Shown piece by piece: positions 39,401 through 51,071 of a stretch of DNA of 64,000 nt. Position 1 is the first letter of the stretch; each line of letters opens with the position of its first letter. A program made the position numbers and the translations under genes. A model generated the notes under the pieces. It saw only the letters and a program-made list of their open reading frames with translations. It did not search any database and was not told the DNA's origin. Origin of the DNA: Reclinomonas americana ATCC 50394 (Eukaryota); contig PS015014.1 of assembly GCA_048213135.1 (NCBI GenBank), positions 60,973 through 124,972 of the forward strand. The letters are read 5' to 3'.

Positions 39401-42400
39401 ACAGGTTCGCCATCCCACGCGGCTGCCTGCCACTGGAGAGCGAGCACCTGTCTCGTTGCGTCCNNNNNNNNNNNNNNNNNNNNGCGGTAAACGCTCATGC
39501 ATGTGCGTTGCCTCTCTCACGCGCAGCGGCGTGCTACAGAGGTGCGAACCTGGGTCGACGATGTCATGTCGTGCTACGAGACTCTGTTGGCGGCGCAAAG
39601 CGGCGAGGCGATTTCCGAGGCGTTCATGGACCGCTGTCTCGAGGGCGAAGGCTTGCCGACCGGTGCGTGTGTGCAATGTCTGTGAGACCAGACGCGTGGC
39701 GGACTTGAGTTGACTGATGATGGTCGCAGAGACCACACTCGCCTTGGAGGTTTTGTCGTGCGATGTGCCGACACGTCCGGGCGACAACATGAGTCTGTCG
39801 ACCCTCACGGAGAACGATGGTGTGGCGTACACGTTCCGCAAGGGTCGCAATGTGCACGTCTCGTTCCGCATGGACGAGGACCAGGACTTTTTGCTGACCA
39901 AGATCCGAGTGTCCCCCGGGTATGTTGCTAGCTGTTCAGCGTGCGTTTTGTTTTGTTCACTCGGACTTACCACTGATTGGTACAGTGCGTTCGGCTCCAA
40001 CCTGAGTGGCATGGTGTTTGTCACGGACGGTTTGTGTCGAATGTTGTTGTCATTTGTCGTACTCACCAACTGAATGCGCTTTCTTTATTCCGCTGCAGAG
40101 AAACCGCAATTCGACTCGCTGAGCTGGTGCGATGACTACGAGGAGGAGCGTTTCAAGAGTGCGTGGTGCTCTCTCTTCTTGGTCAAGTAGAGCCTTGCAC
40201 GCCGTGTGCTCATCTGCGGTACAGAGTTCGCCGAGCGTAAGCGCGGCCTTGGCCAGGAGTGGCGCCCTCACGAACCGGTGGCGTACTTTATGTGCAACTC
40301 TGGAGCTGCGCCGACCACCAATGTGGCCGAGGTGCGACGCGGTCGCTACGTGACTATCAGTTGCGGATGCTGTCGCACGAGTTGTGCGAGTCTCTCTGCA
40401 TTCTGACCTGCAATCCACACAGAGTTCATCCAGTCGTCGACTCCGCACGAGATCTCTGTGACGTTTGTGGAATTCACCGGCGTGCCTGGCGTCCATCCGG
40501 TGAGTGTGCACTCATTTTTTTCGCGCCACTGCACTGCATTATCTGCTCATCGCATTGTTTTTTTGCAGTTGGCGCATCTGTACGGACAGCCGTCACTGGC
40601 CACCGAAGCGGACCGACTGCGTCTTGAGCTGAAACGCAACATGGTGTTCGACACCAGTTGGACCAGCGAGCATGACCGCGAATTGGTGGAACTGGTTTGT
40701 GGAGACTGGAAGAGGCGCACTCGTGCGGTGATGGTGGTTAACATTCGACATGCTCATTGCGTCGACAGAGTCAAGTGTGCAGCAAGCGGTGGGGTATCAA
40801 GCCGTCGTCGGTCGACGTGTTCATGTTGAAGCCGACTGCCGAGGATCTGATGCGTTTCTACGCGCTGCGGGTGCGCTCGTTGATGTTCACGTGGTAGTGG
40901 GTGTGTTTTTGCATAACGAATGCTGGCGTGCTGTGCGCAGCGAGTCACCAAAGTGGAGACACTTCGTGCACGCCTCGCCATCATCAAGATGCTGAATCGC
41001 GCCGTCGTTCCGCTGCTGCGCTATTGCACGCTGTTGCCCGATGCGGTGACAGAAGAGGGATCGCTCAGCGCTCGCATCTTTGAGGTCAAGGAGGCGCTGT
41101 ACTTGCACAACAAGACGGCGTTCTGGAATGCCGTGCTGTCGCAGACCACGGAGCGCAACGGTGGTGGTGGCCTGTTCGCTTCGCGCGTGTCCATCAATCG
41201 TGTGAAGGCCACGCTGGCTCGCACTGGTTGGTGGTGTGTCAGTGCGTGCCGTGAAAGACTGTCTCATTTGCTGATCGCACGTGCAATGCAGAGCCTGCCA
41301 AGGATCCGGATGGCGCCAAGTCTATCTTTGGACAGTTGTACGCCTCTGTGCACCTGATGGCCCCGCGCCAGCTGCGACACAATCGCCAGTTGTGGAATGT
41401 GGAGTTTGTCGGGTGCGGTGTTGGTCCTCTCACTTCTTCTCCATGTATTCGACTGTTCCTCACCCCTGCCATTCCACGCTCGCAGCGAGGGGTCCATCGA
41501 TGCTGGGTTCGTTGTTTTTCTCACTCTTGTGCTGTTGCTGCAAGCTTTGCTTGATCCTCATGGCTGTTGCGTATTGCCTGACACATTACTCAGTGGACCT
41601 TACCGTGAGGTATGTCATCACGTGCAAGTGTTGTGGGACGGGGGCTAACAATTGACTTGTCGTTTCACAGTCGATTACGCTGGCTTGTGCCGATCTCATG
41701 TCGTCGGCCACCCCGCTGTTTATCAAATCGCCCAACGGTCGTCACGGGCTCGGCATCAACCGGTGAGTCGCGTGGAGAGGGAGAAAGAGAGGAGGAGGAG
41801 GAGATGATGATGATGACCAAGATCAAGGAGGGCAAGAGAAGGAGGAGTAAGAGGAAGAGAAGAAGGTATTATTTGTGTGCTGACGTGCATGCGCCGCAGT
41901 GAGAAATTCATTCCGAATCCGAGTGCGACGTCGTCGTTGCACCTCGACATGTATCGTGTCGTCGGCATGCTGATGGGAGTGTCGCTCCGTTCACGCTTCC
42001 CGCTTGCGTTCGACTTGCCTTCCATTGTGTGGAAGCGACTGGTACGGGCGTGACTGCAATTCGTGGGTGCGTCTCTCACATCCANNNNNNNNNNNNNNNN
42101 NNNNNNNNNNNNNNNNNNNNNNNNNNNNNNNNNNNNNNNNNNNNNNNNNNNNNNNNNNNNNNNNNNNNNNNNNNNNNNNNNNNNNNNNNNNNNNNNNNNN
42201 NNNNNNNNNNNNNNNNNNNNNNNNNNNNNNNNNNNNNNNNNNNNNNNNNNNNNNNNNNNNNNNNNNNNNNNNNNNNNNNNNNNNNNNNNNNNNNNNNNNN
42301 NNNNNNNNNNNNNNNNNNNNNNNNNNNNNNNNNNNNNNNNNNNNNNNNNNNNNNNNNNNNNNNNNNNNNNNNNNNNNNNNNNNNNNNNNNNNNNNNNNNN

Positions 42401-45400
42401 NNNNNNNNNNNNNNNNNNNNNNNNNNNNNNNNNNNNNNNNNNNNNNNNNNNNNNNNNNNNNNNNNNNNNNNNNNNNNNNNNNNNNNNNNNNNNNNNNNNN
42501 NNNNNNNNNNNNNNNNNNNNNNNNNNNNNNNNNNNNNNNNNNNNNNNNNNNNNNNNNNNNNNNNNNNNNNNNNNNNNNNNNNNNNNNNNNNNNNNNNNNN
42601 NNNNNNNNNNNNNNNNNNNNNNNNNNNNNNNNNNNNNNNNNNNNNNNNNNNNNNNNNNNNNNNNNNNNNNNNNNNNNNNNNNNNNNNNNNNNNNNNNNNN
42701 NNNNNNNNNNNNNNNNNNNNNNNNNNNNNNNNNNNNNNNNNNNNNNNNNNNNNNNNNNNNNNNNNNNNNNNNNNNNNNNNNNNNNNNNNNNNNNNNNNNN
42801 NNNNNNNNNNNNNNNNNNNNNNNNNNNNNNNNNNNNNNNNNNNNNNNNNNNNNNNNNNNNNNNNNNNNNNNNNNNNNNNNNNNNNNNNNNNNNNNNNNNN
42901 NNNNCACACACACACTCTATCCACACTTTCTCTTTCACAGTCTTTCTCTCTCTCTCTCTCTCTCGCTGTCATCTCATTCTTGTTTGGTCACTGATACTCT
43001 CGCTCCCCGAAGCATCCTCGGTCTCAGTTGCACACAAGCATACATGCACATACACACTCCCTTTCGTATCTCTCTCTCTCTTTCTCTGTCCCTCCCCCTC
43101 CCTCTCTGTTCTCCCTCCTCTCTCTCTCTCTTACCTGCACTTGCGGGGACGACGCCGAGTAACCCGAGTACTTGGTGTGGCGCTACACAGTCCACTGATA
43201 AGTGACGCGATTAAACACACGCATGTACAGCTACTCGTAATCACACACCTTAAGCGTCGCCACGTCAATGTCGGGCTTGCCACACTGCGGGAGACAGTGA
43301 GTATCAAAATGCAACCCGCCTCGCCTTTAAATGCACGCGCGACACACACGCAACGACGAGCAGCTCCAGCTCGGACCACGAGAAGAGCGACAGCACGCTG
43401 ATGGGAACCACCGACGCCAAACCGTTGCGCATGGCCTTCAATTGCGTCACGCTCTCGTCCAAACGCGTCTGCATCACGAGCTCGACAAACTCGTCGCGTG
43501 TGTCAAACCTGTGCCAGTGTTAACACACGAACATATGCGCGCACATACACACCACAGACGACGCAACGTCACAGGAATGTCCTTGCCGCCCGGCTTCAGT
43601 TCCTTCTCCGTTCCATCACTGCAAAAGCAAAGCAAGATGTGAGTAACACACACACACAACACAAGTTGCGCTGTGCTCTCGCCACACGGCGCACCTGAGC
43701 TGCGTCGAGAATGTCTCGAGGAACACGTCCTACGGCGGCGGTCACACCGTGAGCAGAGTACGCAAAAGTCGCACGGCGATACGCACGTTGCACGCACCTG
43801 GAATACATCACGACCAATCTTCTTCACTTCGTCGAGAGCCTGCACGCAAAGCTTGTCGACAGCTTCCAGATCGGACGGATCGACTGGCAGCGACAGCTGC
43901 GTCACGTGTGAGNNNNNNNNNNNNNNNNNNNNAGAGAGAGAGAGAGGCACAGATCATTTCGGCACGGAGACAGGTCAGGCTGATAGAGGAACTGTTGCAT
44001 ACGCTCCTGCTAATCGCGTGAGCGTGCAGTACTTGTGGCGTGCACTGCAGTCCTTCACCGCCGAGGAGCGCCAGCTGTTCCTTCGTTGCGTCATTTGTGT
44101 TCTGTTCGTGCGTGATACGTTGTTGCTAACAGTGCAGTGCGTGCATCTGCAGGCTTTGTTGCGTTGTAACCAGGAGTACATTATTTCCTCTAAAGAATGG
44201 TCTGACCTCACGAGAATTGTGTGCTGCAGGTGTGGGGTCGCAATCGCCTGCCGCCGAACGACGATTCTGTTGCGTTCCAAGTCGTGCACTTATCGACTGT
44301 GTGTATCTTCTCACTCTGCTCACGACAACTTGTTGGCAGTGTTGCGAACTCTTTGGCAGTGAATATCATGCGGTCTCTGCGCGTGTTGCTCACGCACATT
44401 ATGCAGGGGACTGTCCATTCACCATCAACCGGTTCGGAGGACACGCCAGTGACGAGACTCTACCGGTGAGACTCCCCTTCTCTGTTTGTGTGAGTTTGCT
44501 TGCTTGTGCACAAAGTGCTCACTGTGTTTCTCGTTGCGAATCAGGTGGCCCACACATGCGTTGCGTTCATTTTTTCTGTTTCGCATTGCTCCTTTCGTGG
44601 TTCGGGGACTTACCGTCTCTCCGCCTCTCCTTCCTGCGACACGCACGAGTAGTGTGAGTCAGATGTGCTTGCCGTCTTATGTATTTGTCTCATTGTGCTC
44701 ACGTGTGTTTTTTCGCACAGTGTTGCGTCTTGTCGAGTAGTGCGGTGTTCTTGTGCAGTGAGAGACTGACATCCCGTTTGTGTTTCCGCGGCTCGCTTTT
44801 CGGTGCCTCCATAGCGTTGCGTTTGTTCAGCCCATGCGTGCAATTGTTGTACCTGACAGACTTGGCTGACTCTTTTTTCATACGCACAGTGTTGCGTTGC
44901 GCCACTCTGCGTTTGCATGGCAGGTGTTGTACTCACTGGTTGTTTATTTACATCGCTCGTGCTCGCTCGCTCTTCGCACATGCAGTGTTGCGTCTCTCGT
45001 AATCTGCTTTCTAACTGCCTCGATTGTGTGTCACTCACTTGGTCGTTTCTTGCATGTCCTGCAGCTCGGTTCGGCTGTATTTTGCTGTCTTTGTGCATGC
45101 TGAATATCTGTTGTGATTTTGAGTGCTCACCTGTGCCACCTGCAATTCGCCCGGTTCGATGTGCACAGCTCGGTGAGTGCAGTGTTCTTTTTGAGTCACA
45201 AGATGGTGATTCTGATGCGTTTNNNNNNNNNNNNNNNNNNNNNNNNNCTTGGTGGGGGAACGTGCAGACTTGCCGGAGTACACGTCGCAAGATGTGCTGC
45301 GCGAGCGCATCCTGTTTGGTGTGTGTTCTTGATGTGCAACGTTGTTGTATTTCAAATGCCTTGCTGAAGTTGTTGTTTTTCCAGCCATTGTCAATTGCCA

Positions 45401-45694
45401 GGCTATCGATACCGACTTCAATCCGGAGAGGTGATTAGTGTTGTGAAGTGTGTGTTTAACTGTGACTTGGCTAACTCTGTTTGTAATACACAGCTCTGCG
45501 TGCGTCGCATCGTGTCACGCACATCTTCTGCGGTGATTGCTTGTTCCTCACATTTTTTTGTTGTTGAATGTTGCTGTACACAGCTGGTATGTTATCGTCC
45601 AAGAGGGTTGGGAAAAGGTGTAAGGTTGGCAATGGTGAGTGTGTGTGACGGTTCTTCTCGTGTGTGCAGGTTGGATGCCGGTGTCGAGGAGTGA
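22812..45694 (+). CDS. Giant HECT-domain E3 ubiquitin ligase (HERC/HECTD4-like C-terminus) with LamG/ConA-like, UBA-like, FG-repeat and SPRY regions; very many exons
   Basis: Start MGQSLS; LamG-like FTVEMWIR..WTHVA..FNGNMAELRIW (~25720-26760); UBA-like YPREYAMKALEKCGYD; SPRY GKWYFECEV; HECT VEFVGEGSIDAGGPYRE..LPSIVWKRL..LFLRFVWGRNRLP..LPVAHTCFFSLDLPEY..AIDTD; stop at 45694. The single-gene extent is inferred from continuous same-strand exons across gaps. Confidence 0.85.
30346..30410. repeat. (GT)n microsatellite, intronic (CA/GT and GA/CT tracts are common in introns of this window)
   Basis: Uninterrupted gt run visible in sequence. Confidence 0.95.
35210..35428 (+). repeat. Coding tandem repeat (GQPGGF-like, about 18-nt units) within the HECT ligase
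   Basis: AFAQPGGFGQQPGGFGQPGGFGQPGGFGQPGAGFGQPGLFGQPAGFGQPALFAQPAAPFGQPAFGQPAGFGGG. Confidence 0.9.
43135..43896 (-). CDS. Internal HECT-domain exons lying in reverse orientation within gap-bounded contig 42905-43912
   Basis: LSLPVDPSDLEAVDKL..FSTQLSDGTEKELKPGGKDIPVT..WSELELLVCGKPDIDV..YSASSPQVQ joins exactly between plus-strand ..VWKRL and YLWRALQSF.. Confidence 0.9.
44560..45267 (+). other. Micro-exon chain: 1-nt exons at 44653, 44721, 44815, 44890, 44986; 4-nt exons at 45065-45068 and 45169-45172
   Basis: Each is flanked by YAG and GT; concatenated T+T+C+T+T+CTCG+CTCG+AC = TTC TTC TCG CTC GAC (FFSLD). Confidence 0.88.
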
Positions 45695-46242
45695 GCAGGT
45701 ACAGGTGGACGTTGAATGGGAGGAACACGTGAAAAGATCAACAATGAATGCCATGGTTATACTCTTTGCGACGTGATGGGAGAGGAGATGGTAACAGCTG
45801 TCTTGATGACCAAGTTCAAAACATCACACAAACACTAGTCTTGAGGACAACAAAAGAAACTTCACTGATCCAAATGAGCATCTTCCAGTGATCACCAACA
45901 AGTCTCGTGTGCTTTCCTTCTACAACCAAAACTGTTTAAAGTGTGTTATCGATGTTGAGAATATAGCCCTATTCAGCACACACTGCCACCAGGCCAAGAA
46001 GAAGACTTCGTCAGCAGTGATCGCTAGTTACCGATTGGAAGACGTCCATCGCGGTAACAGCAGGTTTCTTGTGTCACTCACACATCTCACACACCATCGA
46101 CAATGGGCATGACATAGGGAACAACACGTGCAGCAGTCTTCCCCTGCGCACTGATCTGACGTCCTCCTCTGGCAAACCTCATGCAAGAAAGAGAGAAAAA
46201 AGCAAATTTTCGCAGCGTGTCATTTGTTTGTTTGTTTTTGTG

Positions 46243-46849
46243 ATGGCGGAGGAAGAGCAGTACTTGTTCTCGAAAGAGTACTATGCCAACTTGCTTGCCC
46301 GCATCAAGGCGTTTGCTGAGCGTGCGAGTCGAAAAGTCTATCGGGACCACAAGCGCAGTTCGACTGTGACTGTGTTTCCTGGTGATGACTATGGTGGCGA
46401 ATATGATGATGCGGGAGAGGAAGTGGAGGTGACCGAGGACTCGGTTGGTGGCGATCGTGATCGCGAGGTCGATGGCGGCTATCTCAGTGACTGGGGCGAG
46501 TGTGCCAAGGACTCCGCAGTTACGTCCTGCTCTCACATGCATGTGTGCCTCTCTCTCTTTGTGTGTGTGTGCGTGCGTGCACGAGTGTGTTGGTGGTGGT
46601 GGTGTGTGTGTGTTGGTGGTGGTGGTGGTGGTGTGTTGCAATTGTGTAAAGATATTGGTTGCATTTTTCTGTGAACAGAGGCATCGTGCGGGCATGGCTG
46701 GTCATGAGCTTTTCAAGGTCGCTGCAGTTGCCAGTGCGGTAGCAAGTGTGCTTGATCATGAAGCTCCTTCGAATCCGGATCCACTGCTGGCGCCGCATCC
46801 CGTCGATTTGCCACCAGCGTTGTTGCGTGACTTACTGAAGGCACATTGA
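46243..46849 (+). CDS. Hypothetical two-exon acidic protein
   Basis: MAEEEQYLFSKEYYANLLARIKAF..DSA, a GTTACG..CAG intron, then in-frame RHRAGMAGHELFK..LLKAH*; no recognisable family. Confidence 0.45.
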
Positions 46850-47180
46850 TCTCACACACACACACTCGATGAGTGTTTCTGCTTGGGCGTGTGTGGTCTG
46901 TCGATCGTGGGCCACTCTTTGCCACGCGCTCGTTGTCGATGTGTACAGGAAAGAAGAGAGATCCCCGAGTCTGACCTGTTTGTTTCTTTCGTGGGAGCGC
47001 CTTCATGTTTCTCCCTCTCTCCCTCTCTGTGCGATATTTTACGCGTGGCGCGCACACACTCACGCACCGCAGAGAGAGAGAGAGAAACAGCGTCGCTCTC
47101 GCGTTGTGTAAGTGTTGTCTCAAAGTGCCAGTTTTCTCTGCTTCTTTCTCTCCGTTTCTCCCACTGTTATTTTGCTCTGC

Positions 47181-47214
<34 letters not shown>

Positions 47215-47585
47215 ACACACATACGCTCAACTTTGCGGAGGAGATCTAGAGTGCGTAGAGCGTGGCAAGTAGCTATCTACGGTGTTGGTGGTCTGATCGA
47301 AGTGTCTAATATTTCCAAATTTGGCAGATCTTTTTGCCGGTATGTTGCATGATTTCTCTCTTCACGCATGCACGCACTCACACGCTGTTCTTCCACATAA
47401 GAGAGAGAATGAAATTGATAGTACACACCACGGTGGATGTGTGTGTGTGTGTGAGTCTCTTTATGGCTCGCGCCAGCTGCGTGTGTGATCGTGTGTTCAT
47501 CTTTACACCGCGATCCTTCGTCGAAGCGACCAATTCATTGAGTTACAGATGCTAACCAGTACTGTGTATCGTGTGTGCGTGCAGG

Positions 47586-48482
47586 ATGCCTGTACGGAAC
47601 TCCACAGACCAGTTGTTGCAATTGGTTACTCTGCTGGAGCAGCGACAGATGCTCCAGGAGCTCGGGCGGCAACATATGCTCCAGGAGCGGCAACAGATGC
47701 TCCGTGAGCAGGGACAGCAGCTCCAGGAGCAGGGACAGATGCTCCAGGAGCTCATGCGGCGACTGCAGCAACAGGAGCTGCGACAGCGGCTCCATGGCCA
47801 GGCGCTAACGGAAACCGTCCTAGGCCTGCTGTGCCGTGATGCTAGCGCTGCGCAGCCGCCACACCAATTGCAGTCCAGTGCTGGCAGTCTCGAGAAGACA
47901 TTGGGGCACAACACGGTAAGACCGGCGGACATATCGCAACGTCTTTTCGATGGGAAGCTGCTTATAGTTGTGTGCATGCGTGCAGACTTGTCGGTGCAAA
48001 GTGTGCGCATGCGCGTTGAGCTGCATTCAAGGTGGCATGTATCGCTTGGCCCAGTTTTCTCGCGAGGCAACAAGCGCTGCGGCTGGCAGCAGCAACGTTG
48101 AAACAAGGGGCTTCGAATTCTGGAAGGAGATTGACGCCTGCTTTGTTTGAGAGCAAAAGAAGAGTGAAAACGAACAGGACAACTGACATTGAAGTGGTGG
48201 TTCCTGGCGCCTGGTCGTTTCTCACTCTGAAAACATAAGTATACCGATCGGACTAGCGACCTGCGGCGGTCGGTAGTCCCGATCGGCCGATCCACACAAC
48301 ACATGTACAACAAAAACCCCATCGTACAAAGATTTCTCGTGTGCGAATTCAAAGCGCTGCGGATTAGCGACCTTCGCAATACAGTTTTAATAACATGGAC
48401 TGCAGTCAAGGCCGTCCATGTTTGTCGTTCTCGGCAGTTAACGTTTTCGGAATGCCACCAAATCCACAGTCCACCCAAGTGA
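47586..48482 (+). pseudogene. Coiled-coil heptad-repeat ORF followed by disrupted downstream reading frames (possible gene relic)
   Basis: QMLQELGRQHMLQERQQMLREQGQQLQEQGQMLQELMRRLQQ encoded by ~21-nt tandem units; downstream frames are interrupted by stops. Confidence 0.35.
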
Positions 48483-48524
48483 CCAAAAACGCAATCATAT
48501 CAGTGTTCTCTTTCCACACGCAAC

Positions 48525-51036
48525 ATGTCACAGAAAGTCCAAGAGCGTCATCAGAAGATCCTGCGCGACCTTGTGCAGCTTCCCGACAACCGCCGTTGCT
48601 TCTCGTGCTCCACTCGAGTTGCGTCATCTGCAACAGTTGTCGACGCAGTACGCACACACATACACTCTCTCTCTTGCTCTTTGTACATTCCCTCCCCTGT
48701 CAGTGCTCTCTCTCTATGTGCGAGAGACAGAAAGAATGTGTGTGGACACACCCAATTTGCTGTGTTGCTCATGTCCACACCATCGTCGCTCGACACGCGC
48801 ACACACGCAACACACACACGCGCTCAGCCGCTTCTATGTGTACGCATGAGCACGCGTGTCTCTGCGCGCGTGCACCACGTGCGCGGTTTTCTCTCTCGCT
48901 CTCTTTCTCTTCACACTGCATCACTTTGCGTGGGGTTGTCAATGCCCGCCACCACTCTCGCGCGCACACACGCCCACACTCTCGCTCCCTTCCACTGATG
49001 CGTGTTTCTCCTCTCGCCGCGCACTCGTGTTCTCCTGCCTGCACACTTGTGTTGTGAGAGTTCTATTTTTCTTGCAAGCTCACATCCACGCCACACACAC
49101 ACACACGCGTTCACAGGGCAATGTGTACGCGGTGCTGCCGTTCAACATCTTTGGTTTGTTGTCTACTTGCTGCCTAGAGGTAAATCTCCTCCCCTCGCCA
49201 CGTCATTGACTCGTGTATCTCTTGCTATGCAGTCTGCACGCACTGTGCCGGCATTCAGTTTCGTCTGTTTCTTGTCCTCGGGAGTCGCACTGTTGGCTTA
49301 CTGTCTGTGTCTGTGTCTGTGTGTTTGTTTGTGATAGCCGCAAGTTCACCAACCACCGCGTCAAGGGCATTGGTATGGCCAATTTTACCCCCGATGAGGT
49401 CAAGGCGCTGCAGGAGGGCGGCAACAAGGTCTGCTGGAGCTCGCTGACTTGCGCGCGCTCTCTCAATCTATCACACTCACCACCATCACCTCTCGTCTCT
49501 TTTGTTTCCCCATTCACAGGTCGCTCGCGATGTCTGGCTCGGCCAGCTGAAGGACAGCGACATTCGCCTGCCCGACCCCAAGGACGATCGGTTCGTATTC
49601 GGCCGCCCCTTCTCTCGTTGTTCATGCACTGATCTCTCTCTCTCTCGCTCTCTTGTTTGCAGTCTGATCGAGGCGTTCATTCGGAGCGTCTTTGAGCAGA
49701 AGCGCTACTACCGCGAGCCAGGAGAGGGTGGCTCGGGCGGCTTTGACGACGATGTTGCGTCGCACGCAAGCATCACAATAGTGAGAGGATTCTTGTGTTG
49801 CTGATCGTGACGCAGGGTGAGGTCGATTCCATCCCGCAAGCCGACGTCCGCGAAGTCGTGAGGGAGCTGCCAAAGCTCCATGTTGCGTCTTTCTGCCTCT
49901 ATAACGCGCCCTTGGATATTCTTATGCTCATGAGAATGAACAGGTGTCGGATCCGGGCACTCGCCCCCGCTCTGGCTCGGGCCGCAAGATGCAGCTCGGC
50001 GGTGGAGGTGGTGGTGCTGGTAGCTCTGCCACACACGCTCGCCGTGATCACTCGCCCGAGAAGCCGGCGGCCGCGGAGAAGCCAGCTGCCGCAGCCGGTG
50101 GCAAGAGCGGTGGTGTTGCGTCACTCGTGCACAAATTTGGTTTATCGCAGCAGATGATTGACATGTGCATGGTTGGCTTGCAGGATGATCCATTTGGATT
50201 CTTTGATGGCCCCGACCCGCATGCCAGCGCCGCCAAGGCACCTTCGGCGGCCGTGGCTGGTGAGCATGCGTCATATCACGCGCGATACATGATGTCCACT
50301 CACTCACGTGTACGTGTTGCAGGTCTTGATGAGTTTGACGCCGCGTGGGACGATGATGGAGTGCGTCGTCGCATGTTTTTTTGATTTCATGTTGGCGCTT
50401 GCTTTCACTCACTTCGTCTGTTCTGTCCAGGCTGCGGCTGCGGCCTCGGCAGCACCTGCCAAGGACAAGAAGTCGATTGTGTCGGATCTGTTCAAGTCGG
50501 TGAGTCGCTCCCCCTCACTTTACCACTGTACCTCTTCCTTCCTCTGACACATGAAATCAGATGCCGGGTGGTGGCTTTGGTGGTGGTTTTGGCGGTCAGG
50601 CGGCACCCTACGGCGCCAACCCGTACGGCGCGCAAGCCAATCCCTACGGTCAACCGGCTGGCGGCAACCCCTACGGCCAACCGGCCGGTGGCAATCCGTA
50701 CGGACAGCCGGCTGGTGGTAACCCCTACGGGCAGCCGGCTGGCGGCAACCCGTACGGCCAAGCTGCGGGTGGCAACCCATTCGGCGGAGCTGCTGGCGGC
50801 AACCCGTTCGGTGGTGCTGCCGCGGGCGGTTACAACATGCCGCAGCAGGCCAACCCCTACGGTGGAGCCGCGCAGGGTGGCAATCCGTTTGGTGGACAGC
50901 AGGCGCAGGGCGGCAATCCGTTTGGTGGTGGTGAGTTCCATTTCTGTCCATTTTTCCCCTGTGTTTGTTGTTCTCGTACTCATGTCAGTTGTCGCCAGAC
51001 ATGGGTGGCTTTGGCGGTGGCTACCCGCAGCAGCAG

Positions 51037-51071
<35 letters not shown>

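Noticed and set aside
48618-49116. Unusually long (about 500 nt) first intron of the ArfGAP, checked for hidden microexons or an ncRNA
   Set aside because: Direct splicing already gives the exact CX2CX16CX2C spacing, and I recognised no snoRNA or tRNA structure.
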